Below, piece after piece: positions 54,605 to 64,000 of a DNA stretch of 64,000 nt. A program made the position numbers and the translations under genes. A model generated the notes under the pieces. It had not been told where the DNA came from and did no database searches. It was given only the letters and a program-made list of their open reading frames with translations. Position 1 is the first letter of the stretch. The number at the start of each line of letters is the position of its first letter. Source of the stretch: Phycisphaerae bacterium (GTDB taxonomy: Bacteria > Planctomycetota > Phycisphaerae > UBA1845); assembly GCA_963666835.2 (NCBI GenBank), contig CAXXGO010000003.1:448001-512000 (forward strand), in the 5' to 3' direction.

Positions 54605-55702
54605 ATGGACGACCACACAAGTGACACAACTCTGACGCGCCGCGAACTGATCGCGCGAGGTGCCGGAGCGCTCGTGACAACCGGCGTCGCGGCCGCAGCC
54701 GGGATGTTGCTCCATGAATCCGGAGATGCCCCACAGCGTAAGCCCGACGCCGCCGCGCGTCTTCCGGATTACTTCGCAGCGATCGACTTCCCCCAATCGA
54801 ACCCGCGGATCAGCATCGCCGGCGGGACTGAGGATCGGATCGGGCAGATGGTCCGTGCGGCCGTAAACGGGCTCGCCCCGTCACAAGGGATGGGAGCGTT
54901 TGTCTCTTCCGGGGATGTGGTGCTGATCAAACCGAACGCCGGCTTCGACCGGCCGGTCCGACTGGGGGCCACGACGCATCCGGAAGTCGTCCGCGGGCTG
55001 CTGCGCATGTGCCGAGAGGCCGGGGCGCGCAGAATAATCGTAACCGACAACCCGATCGAAGATCCGCAGTCCTGTTTCGCAAGAACAGGGATCGGCGATG
55101 TTGCCCGAGAAGAAGGCGCTGAAGTCGTCCTGCCAGTCAGAAGCGGGTTCCGGGAGGTCATGGTTCGTCAGCGCCGTCCCCAGCGGGCCGCCGGCGAGAT
55201 TCTGGAACATTGGCCGATGCTGTTCGAACCGCTGGCCGCGGCAACCAAGGTCATCGGGGTCGCCCCGGTGAAGGACCACAGCCTCTGCGGCGCATCGATG
55301 AACCTCAAGAACTGGTACGGGCTGCTGGGTGGTCGCCGTCACCAGCTTCACCAGGCGATCCACGAGACGATCAGCGATCTCGCCATGCTGATCAGCCCGA
55401 CGCTGGTGGTGGCGGACGGCACTCGGGTCATGATGCAAAACGGTCCGACCGGAGGGCGAATCAGCGATGTCCAGGCCGGTGGACGGATCGGCCGGCCGGT
55501 GGTCGTAGCCGCGGTCGACCCGGTCGCCTGCGATGCATGGTGCTTCGAGAACCTGCTGGGGCGCGATCCCGGCACGTTGGCCTATCTAGAGTATGCCCAG
55601 AGGAAGATCGAAGTTGCTGTTTCCCAAGGCACGCACCGTTTCGGTCGGTGCGACTGGCGGGAATACGAGAGGCTAGGGCAAATAGCCTCCAGCGGAGTCT
55701 GA
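54605..55702 (+). CDS. DUF362 domain protein with a Tat signal
   Basis: TRRELI twin-arginine signal; GDVVLIKPN, TTHPEVV, KDH, MNLKNWYG, DPVACD; true start ATG 54605 lies inside the longer track ORF. Confidence 0.9.
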   Translation: MDDHTSDTTLTRRELIARGAGALVTTGVAAAAGMLLHESGDAPQRKPDAAARLPDYFAAIDFPQSNPRISIAGGTEDRIGQMVRAAVNGLAPSQGMGAFVSSGDVVLIKPNAGFDRPVRLGATTHPEVVRGLLRMCREAGARRIIVTDNPIEDPQSCFARTGIGDVAREEGAEVVLPVRSGFREVMVRQRRPQRAAGEILEHWPMLFEPLAAATKVIGVAPVKDHSLCGASMNLKNWYGLLGGRRHQLHQAIHETISDLAMLISPTLVVADGTRVMMQNGPTGGRISDVQAGGRIGRPVVVAAVDPVACDAWCFENLLGRDPGTLAYLEYAQRKIEVAVSQGTHRFGRCDWREYERLGQIASSGV

Positions 55703-55706
55703 ACAG

Positions 55707-57566
55707 ATGCCGGATACCGGTCACACCCGCAAGGGATCGGCGGTAGGAGCAAACCTCCTTCGCATCACGACCGTACGCATCATCGTCCAGACCCTGTGCT
55801 TTATCCTCTTTCTGTCGTTCGTGCTGCTCACGAGTTTCGCCAATCTCGATCGCCACCCCGGCCTGCGTATGTGGGTAAGCAAGTTCATCGAAGTCGACCC
55901 GCTAATCAGCCTTGGTACTGCCTTGACGACCCACACGGTCTATCAGGGGCTCCTGTGGTCTTTGGTAATACTGATTCCAACGCTCTTTTTCGGGCGGTTC
56001 TTCTGCAGTTGGATCTGCCCGGCCGGCTCCCTGAACCACTTCGTGGGCTGGGCGTTCAATCGGCGCAATCGCGATGAGCGGATTGCATCGAACCGATATC
56101 GCCGGGCGTATCAGTTGAAGTACCTCGTTCTCATCGCGCTATTGGCGGCGGCCGCGTGCGGTACGCTCCAAGTCGGGCTGCTGGATCCGATCTCCTTGCT
56201 GTACAGGTCTTTCACCGGCGCGGTACTGCCCGCGGCCAGCATGCCGACCGGGCGTTTCTTTGATGATCCGCGGTTCTATCAGGGAGCTCTGCTGATCGGG
56301 TCCATGCTGTTCGCGGTAGTTGCCCTGAATCTGGTGATTCCCCGGTTCTTCTGTCGGGTGCTGTGTCCGCTTGGCGCGCTCATGGGCGTCTTAAGCCGGT
56401 TTGCGTGGTGGCGGATTGAGCGCGACGAAGCGAAGTGCGTCGACTGTGGCCAGTGCCTGATCGACTGCGAGGGCGCGTGCGACCCACATCTGAGAATCCG
56501 CTCCAGTGAGTGTCTGGTCTGCCTCAACTGCATTGAACAATGCCCGCATGGCGCCCGACGTTTCGGTTTCCTGCCCGACCCGCGGGATTCCATACGCACG
56601 CCGGACGTTCCCAGGCGCCGTGCTATTCTGGCGGTGCTGGGGGGGATTCTGTTCTTCCCCTTCGCTCGGACCTCCGGAAGAACGACGCGGGCGTTCGCAT
56701 CAACGGTGATTCGACCGCCCGGTGCCGTCGAGGAACTGGACTTCCTGGAGCGCTGCACAAAGTGCGACCAGTGCATCCGGGCATGTCCGACGAATACTCT
56801 GCAACCCGCCGGTTTGCAGGCGGGGCTGGAAGGTCTGTGGACACCCATTCTCGATTTCCGCATCGGGTTCTGCCAACGGCATTGCACGGCCTGTGGCCAG
56901 GTGTGCCCGACCGGGGCCATTCAGCGTCTTTCCGTATCGCAGAAACTGGGCCTGGGTGAGTTTCGCGGCGACGGGCCGATCAGGCTGGGTACCGCGCACG
57001 TCGATCCCGGGCGATGCCTACCTATCAGCAAAGACATTCCATGCACAGTGTGCGAGGAGGTGTGTCCGACCAGCCCCAAGGCGATTCTCCCACAACGGCG
57101 GAGGCATATCGTTCGGGACGGTATCAAGACGGTGGTCAGCGCTACCGCGCGAACCGTCACCATACTCCAGCCGCTGGAAGACGGGACGGCGGACAACGCC
57201 TCCCCGGTACTTAGCCCCAACTGCTGGCAAGGCGATGGCACCACCGCATACCTGGCCGACGTACATCATCTTGACGGAGAGACGGAAACACACCGGCTCG
57301 CCGGCAACACTACCGACACTCTGCGGATCGACGGCAGCTTCGCCCGCATTCCCCAAGCCGGTTCCAGGGTGGTTGTCCACATTGAGTTAACGGCTCCGCA
57401 GGTCGACGCCGATCGCTGTGTCGGCTGTGGAATCTGCGAGACGAAATGCCCGATCGTCGGGGATCGTCGGGGAATATACGTCACCGCCGAAGATGAAACC
57501 CGATCCCGTCGACACCGCGACCCCGATCGCAACCGCTCGGTGAGGCCGGTACGCTCCGCAGAGTGA
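55707..57566 (+). CDS. Membrane polyferredoxin (NapH-like + MauM/NapG-like 4Fe-4S domains)
   Basis: GRFFCSWICPAG, RFFCRVLCPLG, several CxxCxxCxxxCP motifs, IRPPGAV. Confidence 0.9.
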   Translation: MPDTGHTRKGSAVGANLLRITTVRIIVQTLCFILFLSFVLLTSFANLDRHPGLRMWVSKFIEVDPLISLGTALTTHTVYQGLLWSLVILIPTLFFGRFFCSWICPAGSLNHFVGWAFNRRNRDERIASNRYRRAYQLKYLVLIALLAAAACGTLQVGLLDPISLLYRSFTGAVLPAASMPTGRFFDDPRFYQGALLIGSMLFAVVALNLVIPRFFCRVLCPLGALMGVLSRFAWWRIERDEAKCVDCGQCLIDCEGACDPHLRIRSSECLVCLNCIEQCPHGARRFGFLPDPRDSIRTPDVPRRRAILAVLGGILFFPFARTSGRTTRAFASTVIRPPGAVEELDFLERCTKCDQCIRACPTNTLQPAGLQAGLEGLWTPILDFRIGFCQRHCTACGQVCPTGAIQRLSVSQKLGLGEFRGDGPIRLGTAHVDPGRCLPISKDIPCTVCEEVCPTSPKAILPQRRRHIVRDGIKTVVSATARTVTILQPLEDGTADNASPVLSPNCWQGDGTTAYLADVHHLDGETETHRLAGNTTDTLRIDGSFARIPQAGSRVVVHIELTAPQVDADRCVGCGICETKCPIVGDRRGIYVTAEDETRSRRHRDPDRNRSVRPVRSAE

Positions 57567-57594
57567 CCAACCGCGTTGAATCCGCTATCAAGTC

Positions 57595-57694
57595 GTCACA
57601 CGTAAAAGTCCGGGGCCAATCCACACCGTGTCCCGTCCCTGCACTGCTCAAGAGCAGTGGCACACCCGAGAACCCAGGCGTTATGTGGCACTAG
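57595..57694 (+). repeat. About 100-bp REP-like element, copy 2
   Basis: Aligns with 47816-47915; core palindrome at 57642-57659. Confidence 0.8.
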
Positions 57695-57714
57695 CGTGCT
57701 ACCGCTCGCTTCGG

Positions 57715-60700
57715 TCATCGTCTCGTGGGCGGCAGCAACCCAACCGTTGCACGGGAAGCGCGCGTATTGTACTTGCGCAGGTACTCCTGGTGCTCAGGCG
57801 TGGTCGGATAGTGCTCGGTATCGGGATACGGATAACCCGACATACCGTGGAACGGCAGCGGCGTAACCCTCTCGGAGAACTTGGTATTCAGATCACCGTC
57901 TTTGACCCAGCCGTCTGCGAAGAACACGAAATCGCGGGTCCACCCGGCCGGCAGGGGCGGCAATCCCCGGGCATCAAACCGCATCGCCAGCTCATCACCG
58001 GGGCCGAAGATAACGTACATGTCGTCCGGCGTATCCAGCAGCTCGGTAACCTCCCCGTAGCGCGTGAACATCCCCGCCGGAGGACTCCACGAACCGGTCA
58101 GACTTACGTCAGCGTAGTCAAAACGCTCGAAGCCGTGTCGGTCGCGCGTCATTCTGGAGAAGCCGCGATAGTGCAGATCCGCATGCGCCACGGCCAGTTC
58201 CGTCACCCGACATCGATCCGCTTCGTCTTCTGTCGCAATAGAAACGCGGTCGAAGTAAACGCATAGATTAGTGGCAAGACGGATCTTACAGTCCGCAGAG
58301 GGGAAAAACCCGGTCAGATCGAGGGGCACGGTTATGCCCTTACTCGTTGGTAGTCCGACGGACTCTATCACGTTAGTCCAGCGTCCTTGTTCGTCTCGGA
58401 CCTCCAACGTAAGCGGAGCAAGCGCATACCGCGGATCCTGCCCGATCGCCATTCCGATACTCGATTCCGGCCAGTAGATCCATGCGTCGAGGAATAACAG
58501 GATCCTTTCCGCCTTGGACAGGTCTCCAAGGTCAATAACCAATGAATGCGGTTCGGCAAGCCCGTCGTATTGCGTGATCAGCGGAAACTCGGGGAACCGG
58601 CCGTCATGCTCCAGAATCAGTGGCAGCACGTCGGCACCGCGGTCATCCACAGCGGAAACCGGTGCATGCTGCGCGGACACGGCATAGAGCTTGTCTTCGG
58701 GTGGAGGCGAGGCGAACATCTCGTTGGGAATGACCGTAAGTTCCGCCGGGCGATCGACCACCCGTAGCGTGATCTGATCCGCGTACGTAATCTCTCGGAG
58801 CTCCTCCGTCAGACGCAGCTCGTAGAACCCGTCCCGTAGTTTCAGTTGCTCCGCTTCAATCTTCGTCAGCTCGGTGTGGTCGAGGGGATAATACACGCCC
58901 GGTGCCATCGGGACGCCCAACGGACCGATACCCAGAATCTCGTTGACCAACTCGAACCCGGAACCGTTGTAGCTATACAGGAAACCGCACGAGGCGGAGA
59001 CTTTCACGTACTCAACGACCGTCAGAACCTCGTTGATCGCAGGATGAACCACATTCTGAGAGACGCCGTTGGGCCAAGTGACTCGCACAACGTCAAGTTC
59101 CTTGAGATTCCCCAGCCCGAAATGAACCGGTCCGCGAACGTAAGTCCTCTTCTGGTAGTGACCGCCCGAGGCAATCTCGACTGTTGCGCCGTAACCACTC
59201 TTGTTGACTTTCTTGCCCACCAGATGCACGTTGATCCAGTTTTGCGGGTTGGCGTTGCGGTTCTCCAAGAAGACCAAGCCACGATCTGCGGTCCGCAGAA
59301 GCAGATCCAGATCACCGTCGCGATCGAAATCGCCATAGGCCGCGGCCATCGCCCGACGAGCAAACTCGCCCAGACCAACTTCCTTCGAGACGTCCGTAAA
59401 CCGCCCCGCACCGGCACCTGCCAGCAAGTTCACGTGTTCACCGCGTGCGGACACCAGCAGCAGATCGCTCCACCCATCGTTGTTGAAGTCCAGGACCTCG
59501 ATATCCCGTACGCCGTCTGCGGCAGGACCTTCCGGCAACGGAACTGTTTCGCCGTGGAAGACATTCCCACCTTCGTTGCGGTACAAGTACAGCTCGCGGC
59601 CCACGGCAACGAGAAAGTCGGGGCGGCCATCGCGGTTGAAGTCCCCCTGCGCCGCCACGCCGGCGTCCCTTCCTATTGGGGGAGAGAACTCTCCTCCGAC
59701 CTTGAAGGCGCCCATACGCTGATTGACGAAAAGTCGGGAGTCTCCGCCCCCGTTCACGACAAAGAGATCCATATCGTGGTCCCCGTCGAAATCGCCAAAG
59801 ACGGCATCGAGACTCTCGCTGAAGCCGACCAGTAGCCCGGCTTCGTCGGTCTGATCGGTGAAGGTACCGTTCCCGTTATTGCGGAGCAGGCTATTACCGG
59901 CTCCGCCGTCGACGGCCCAGTTGGCGGCGAAGAGGTCCAGGTCGTTATCGTGATCGTAGTCAAAGAAGACCGCCCTGCGCCCGTGATGAGGCTCATCGAC
60001 CCGAGCCGCCTCCGACACGTTCTCGAAAGTCCCGTCGCCGTTGTTACGGTAGAGCACATTCGAACCGGCATTCACGACGTACAGATCCGCATCCCCGTCG
60101 TTGTCATAGTCCCCAAAGATTGCATCGAGACCGATACCGTCATCACCGACGCCGGCGGCACTGGTAACATCGGAGAATCGTCCCGCGCCATCGTTTTGGT
60201 AGAGGCGGTTCCTCAAGGGATCCTTTCCGGAATCACATTCGGCAACATAGACATCAAGATCGCCGTCGCCGTCGTAGTCTGCCACGCTGAGACCATCACC
60301 GCGTAAGCAAACCGCAGAATCACCTCCGTCGGCGGCCCGTTCCGGAGACGTGCTTGGCTCCACCATAAGGCCGACGTTGTTTGTCACGTCAACGAAGTGA
60401 ATCCCCTCCCCAGTAAGCGGCTCCAGATCCGGCGTCAGACGCGGGGCCTCTATGATGTAAGAGTACTTACTGCGTTCCAGAGCCTCCTGGGTCTTCTCCG
60501 ACTCATCAACGGTGTCTTTGATCAAGTCGAAGATCTCCCGGTGGCGGGCGGCGTCATCCACCCGGCCCAAGCGGCGGTAGAGCGTAATCAACTGATAATG
60601 CGAGCTGGGATGCTGCGGGGCTACGCGAACCGCCCCCAGGACGGCCTCAACGGCTTGCTCGTACTTCTTCTGAAACTTGAAGCAAACACCCAGATTGTAA

Positions 60701-61128
60701 TACGCCCCCATGCACTCCGGATCATGCTCGATAACGTGCTCCAGGTTTGCCACAGCCTTGTCATATTCGCCAATGCGCTTGCAGACGATTCCATCAACGT
60801 AGTAAGCCGCGAGCAGATCCGGATCCGCCGCCCGGGCTTTCTCGAGAGCAGCCCGAGCCTCGTCATACTCCGCGGCCCGCATCAGAACGAGGCCCAGATT
60901 GAAGTAGTCCGTCGCGGACTTGTCGGTCAAAGCGATGCATCGCCGAAACTCCTCCGCCGCCTCAGTGAACTTGTCGTTCTCGTAGTGAGCCTTACCGACA
61001 AGTCGGCGCTGGTCCAACTCATTCCAATGAGCGTCGCCCACCTCGTCAGCCCCGGCCGAGCCGGCCGCCAGGCACCATGTGGCAAGAGTGAACAAAGCCG
61101 CTGCTCTTACGTTAGTATTGAATTGCAC
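57715..61128 (-). CDS. Secreted TPR + FG-GAP/VCBS beta-propeller + ASPIC/UnbV (CRTAC1-like) protein
   Basis: GAGGAG RBS before GTG 61128; signal peptide; TPRs; seven D(Y/F)xxDGxxD repeats; HFGLG..VTWPNG. Confidence 0.9.
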   Translation of the reverse strand: MQFNTNVRAAALFTLATWCLAAGSAGADEVGDAHWNELDQRRLVGKAHYENDKFTEAAEEFRRCIALTDKSATDYFNLGLVLMRAAEYDEARAALEKARAADPDLLAAYYVDGIVCKRIGEYDKAVANLEHVIEHDPECMGAYYNLGVCFKFQKKYEQAVEAVLGAVRVAPQHPSSHYQLITLYRRLGRVDDAARHREIFDLIKDTVDESEKTQEALERSKYSYIIEAPRLTPDLEPLTGEGIHFVDVTNNVGLMVEPSTSPERAADGGDSAVCLRGDGLSVADYDGDGDLDVYVAECDSGKDPLRNRLYQNDGAGRFSDVTSAAGVGDDGIGLDAIFGDYDNDGDADLYVVNAGSNVLYRNNGDGTFENVSEAARVDEPHHGRRAVFFDYDHDNDLDLFAANWAVDGGAGNSLLRNNGNGTFTDQTDEAGLLVGFSESLDAVFGDFDGDHDMDLFVVNGGGDSRLFVNQRMGAFKVGGEFSPPIGRDAGVAAQGDFNRDGRPDFLVAVGRELYLYRNEGGNVFHGETVPLPEGPAADGVRDIEVLDFNNDGWSDLLLVSARGEHVNLLAGAGAGRFTDVSKEVGLGEFARRAMAAAYGDFDRDGDLDLLLRTADRGLVFLENRNANPQNWINVHLVGKKVNKSGYGATVEIASGGHYQKRTYVRGPVHFGLGNLKELDVVRVTWPNGVSQNVVHPAINEVLTVVEYVKVSASCGFLYSYNGSGFELVNEILGIGPLGVPMAPGVYYPLDHTELTKIEAEQLKLRDGFYELRLTEELREITYADQITLRVVDRPAELTVIPNEMFASPPPEDKLYAVSAQHAPVSAVDDRGADVLPLILEHDGRFPEFPLITQYDGLAEPHSLVIDLGDLSKAERILLFLDAWIYWPESSIGMAIGQDPRYALAPLTLEVRDEQGRWTNVIESVGLPTSKGITVPLDLTGFFPSADCKIRLATNLCVYFDRVSIATEDEADRCRVTELAVAHADLHYRGFSRMTRDRHGFERFDYADVSLTGSWSPPAGMFTRYGEVTELLDTPDDMYVIFGPGDELAMRFDARGLPPLPAGWTRDFVFFADGWVKDGDLNTKFSERVTPLPFHGMSGYPYPDTEHYPTTPEHQEYLRKYNTRASRATVGLLPPTRR

Positions 61129-61326
61129 GACAGTTTTCTCCTCTCGAATCGTGGTCAATCCCGAATTGTACAGCGCGCCGTCGAGAAAGGGGATCGGTCC
61201 GCGCCGGTTTCTTAACACCCGGCACTCCCGTGCGGTGCCTTATCCGCCCATCAACAACTATGGCGAGCCGGCGCTAATCCGACGCACAACTCGCCCGTTA
61301 ACGAAATCGAGCGCCGCCGGTCCGTA

Positions 61327-63375
61327 TCACCCGTCGTTTTGCGGGGGCGGCTTGCGCCTTCGTTCGCGCCGGCTGGAACTCGCCCGCCCAGGTCGATACC
61401 CGCCGCTCCTTTTTGCGGGTCGCCGGCCTCCGCGCCTCCGGCCATCACTCGCCGCCTCGCGTGGCGGAGTAGCCCAAATAAGAGCATCAGGCGAATCCCC
61501 GATCAAGTCGCGGCGACCGGCCAGCAACAGCGCTTCGCGCACCATGGCGTAGTTCTCCGGCTTGAAGAACTGCATCAACGCCCGGTGCATTCGGCGCTCG
61601 CGCATGCCCTTCGCCACATAGACGGGCTTCATCGTCATCGGATCGAAACCCGTGTGATACATGCAGGTTGCCAGGTCGAGCGGTGCCGGGATGAAATCCT
61701 GCACCTGTCGTGGACGGTAGCCGGTCCTCTTCAAGAAGACCGCCAACTCGATCATCGCGTCCAGATCGGTGCCGGGGTGGGCCGAGATGAAATAGGGTAC
61801 CAGGTACTGCTCCTTTCCTGACGCCCGCGAGGCCTTGTTGAACTTGTCAGTAAACTCCTCGAAGTTGCTGCACGGTGGACGGTTCATGAGCCTCAACGTT
61901 TCGGCGTGGACGTGTTCGGGAGCAACCTTGAGATGACCCCCGACATGATGGGTCGCAAGCTCTTTCAGGTACTGCGGCGAAAGCACCGCCAGGTCCATCC
62001 TAACTCCGCTGGCCACGAGAACCCGCTGGACTCCAGCTAGGCTACGGGTCTCTCTCATCAACTCGATCAGCGGCCCCGTATCGGTATCCAACAAGCGGCA
62101 CACTCGCGGGTGGAGGCAGGAGAGCCTACGGCACTTGGCGGCCACTTCGGGGCGGCTGCAATTCATGCGGTACATGTTCGCGGTCGGGCCACCGAGGTCG
62201 CTGATGACGCTCGTGCCGGCGCGGACCAGCGCCGCCACCTCGTCCCGCACCGACTCACTGCTTCGGGACTGCACGATTCGGCCTTGATGAGCCGTTATCG
62301 AACAATACGCGCATCCCCCGAAACAGCCCCGCATAATCGTTACCGAATCCTTGACGATCTCCAGCGCGGGGATCGGCTCGGTGTAGCTGGGATGCGGACG
62401 ACGGGTGAACGGCAGCCGGTAGAAGAAGTCGAGGGATCTCGTCGAGTCCGGCAGCGCGGGCGGGTTACACACCACAGCTTGGCGATCGTGGAACTGTACC
62501 AGGGTCCTGGCGTTGTGGGGATTGGTCTCCAGGTGAATCACCCGGGTTGCCCGGGCGAAGGCCGACTTGTCGGTCTTCACTTCCTCGTATGAGGGAAGCG
62601 TCACAACTGCGGCACCCGATGGAGCCGTCGCGCCGGCGCCGACGGAGTACGCTACGCCCCGCATGTCGCGCAGATCGGCCACCGACTCTCCGCCGCGGAG
62701 TCTCCGGGCGATCTCCACGATGGCCGATTCCCCCATCCCGAAAACCAGCAGATCGGCCTTGGCATCGAGGAGGATGGACCGCCGGACCGTATCGCTCCAG
62801 AAATCGTAGTGGGCCAAGCGGCGCAGGCTCGCTTCGACTCCGCCGACGATGATCGGAACGCCCTTGTACGCCTCCCGCGCCCGATGGCAGTAGGCTAAGG
62901 TAGCCCGGTCCGGACGCATTCCGATCCGGCCGCCGGGTGAATAGGCATCGTCGTTGCGCACCTTACGGCTGGCCGTGTAATGGTTGAGCATCGAGTCCAT
63001 GTTCCCCGCGCTAACGGCGAAGAAGAGCCTCGGACGCCCGAAGACCCGCCACGGCTCGCAGGTGTGCCAATCGGGCTGAGGTACGATCCCGACTCTGAAG
63101 CCCTGCGATTCCAGAACCCGGCCGAGGATTGCCATGGCGAAGCTGGGGTGATCCACATAGGCATCACCGGTAACGAACACGACATCGACTTCATCCCAGC
63201 CGCGATCCGCGGCCTCGCCGCGCGTCATCGGGAGGAAGCTGGCCCCGTCTCCTGCGGAACCGTACCGGGGAACCGACTCGGACGGTAGCAAGAATTCGAT
63301 GGGATTAAACGCTCCAGCCTCGGCTTGTGTTACCAGAGGTGAGACCTCTCCGGTTCTCCCGGCGTCTTCCGTCAC
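61327..63375 (-). CDS. ygiQ: YgiQ family radical SAM protein (UPF0313)
   Basis: [50 protein letters not shown]. Confidence 0.92.
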   Translation of the reverse strand: MTEDAGRTGEVSPLVTQAEAGAFNPIEFLLPSESVPRYGSAGDGASFLPMTRGEAADRGWDEVDVVFVTGDAYVDHPSFAMAILGRVLESQGFRVGIVPQPDWHTCEPWRVFGRPRLFFAVSAGNMDSMLNHYTASRKVRNDDAYSPGGRIGMRPDRATLAYCHRAREAYKGVPIIVGGVEASLRRLAHYDFWSDTVRRSILLDAKADLLVFGMGESAIVEIARRLRGGESVADLRDMRGVAYSVGAGATAPSGAAVVTLPSYEEVKTDKSAFARATRVIHLETNPHNARTLVQFHDRQAVVCNPPALPDSTRSLDFFYRLPFTRRPHPSYTEPIPALEIVKDSVTIMRGCFGGCAYCSITAHQGRIVQSRSSESVRDEVAALVRAGTSVISDLGGPTANMYRMNCSRPEVAAKCRRLSCLHPRVCRLLDTDTGPLIELMRETRSLAGVQRVLVASGVRMDLAVLSPQYLKELATHHVGGHLKVAPEHVHAETLRLMNRPPCSNFEEFTDKFNKASRASGKEQYLVPYFISAHPGTDLDAMIELAVFLKRTGYRPRQVQDFIPAPLDLATCMYHTGFDPMTMKPVYVAKGMRERRMHRALMQFFKPENYAMVREALLLAGRRDLIGDSPDALIWATPPREAASDGRRRGGRRPAKRSGGYRPGRASSSRRERRRKPPPQNDG

Positions 63376-63640
63376 CGTGGGATGTACCTCCTATTGACGC
63401 CAATCCGGTCACGCGGCGTGACAAACCGAATCCGATCAGTCTTGTGGAGTGAATTCCGGCCAATCACTCCACCGCTTGCGGAACGGCTCTGTGGCTGTCT
63501 TCCTGAGGATCCGAAACCATGAATCCAGATCGACACGCGCGCTGATGATATCGAAAACAGCCGCGCGGCGACAGGGGCTGGACTCCGGGACTTCCAGACG
63601 GGCAACGCGGTCATCCGGACCGGGAGGGAGCGTATCCCGT

Positions 63641-63689
63641 GCCCCCGGGGTGGCGCTCCGCGGCTACGCCGCTTCGCCTAAACCTGGGA
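63641..63689. repeat. REP-like imperfect palindrome
   Basis: CCCCGGGGTGGCG..GCGGCTACGCCGC..CGCCTAAACCTGGG nested inverted repeats; single copy in this window. Confidence 0.3.
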
Positions 63690-63798
63690 TTCGCGGTAAA
63701 ACGCCTTTGGCTTAGGTCAGGTCACGCGAGCGGGCCCCGAGATCGCGGAGTGCTTGATTTCGTCTCTGGCTCAGCGCGGGCCACGGCCGCCGCGTCTA

Positions 63799-63999
63799 TT
63801 AATACTGAAACTCTACGTTAAGGCACATGTCCCCTCCTTCATGCCGCACGTAGTCCATATACTCGCATAATTCGTCCTCCTCCAGGACCCGATGCCCAGA
63901 GAACTCGCCGGTGCCACCTGGTCCGATCATGGTGTCGCCGCACTTTCCAGAAACGTAGTACTCCACCAGGTCGATCCAGGTCTCGCCACGGGATTCATC
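63799..63999 (-). CDS. 3' end of a CDS entering from the right (unknown product)
   Basis: Open frame DESRGETWIDLVEYYVSGKCGDTMIG...MCLNVEFQY* to the window edge. Confidence 0.55.
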   Translation of the reverse strand, partial: DESRGETWIDLVEYYVSGKCGDTMIGPGGTGEFSGHRVLEEDELCEYMDYVRHEGGDMCLNVEFQY

Positions 64000-64000
64000 G

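Noticed and set aside
47816..57694. CRISPR array or integron attC interpretation of the repeated palindromes
   Set aside because: Copies are kilobases apart without regular spacers; no cas or intI gene; no clear RYYYAAC...GTTRRRY attC ends
1..64000. tRNA, rRNA, tmRNA or IS transposase genes
   Set aside because: None recognised by eye in the intergenic regions; a tRNAscan-SE/Infernal run would be needed to exclude them formally

Overview
High-GC bacterial chromosomal DNA from a diderm (xseAB, ilvE, class II lysS, lolD plus a LolC/E-type permease). It is most likely Planctomycetota, probably Phycisphaerae; this is an inference from the planctomycete-type ECF sigma factor, the IPTL-CTERM Cys/Asp-rich surface proteins and the ASPIC/UnbV protein. 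About 50 CDS are supported; I saw no rRNA, tRNA, CRISPR array or transposase. The standout is a co-oriented minus-strand cluster at about 16.2-25.8 kb that looks like a bacterial ESCRT-III/Vps4-type membrane-remodelling system. In order of transcription it encodes a 4-TM protein, a soluble Ser/Thr kinase with a double zinc ribbon, a TM zinc-ribbon protein, a nuclease-fold/winged-helix/Snf7-like fusion with an internal RBS and ATG, a second helical ESCRT-III-like protein, PspC, a Vps2/CdvB-like protein with a MIM1-like tail, an inserted hypothetical gene plus a DUF433/DUF5615 toxin-antitoxin pair, a MIT-domain single-ring AAA+ ATPase and an SPFH/beta-propeller protein. All family assignments come from motif reading by eye and need HMM and structure confirmation. 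Lesser observations: an EF-hand loop in a BtuC-like permease, a 48-aa insertion in LysS, a gamma-carbonic-anhydrase-family gene with two +1 frameshifts, several REP-like palindrome families (one bracketing two orphan genes), and a NYN-domain remnant.
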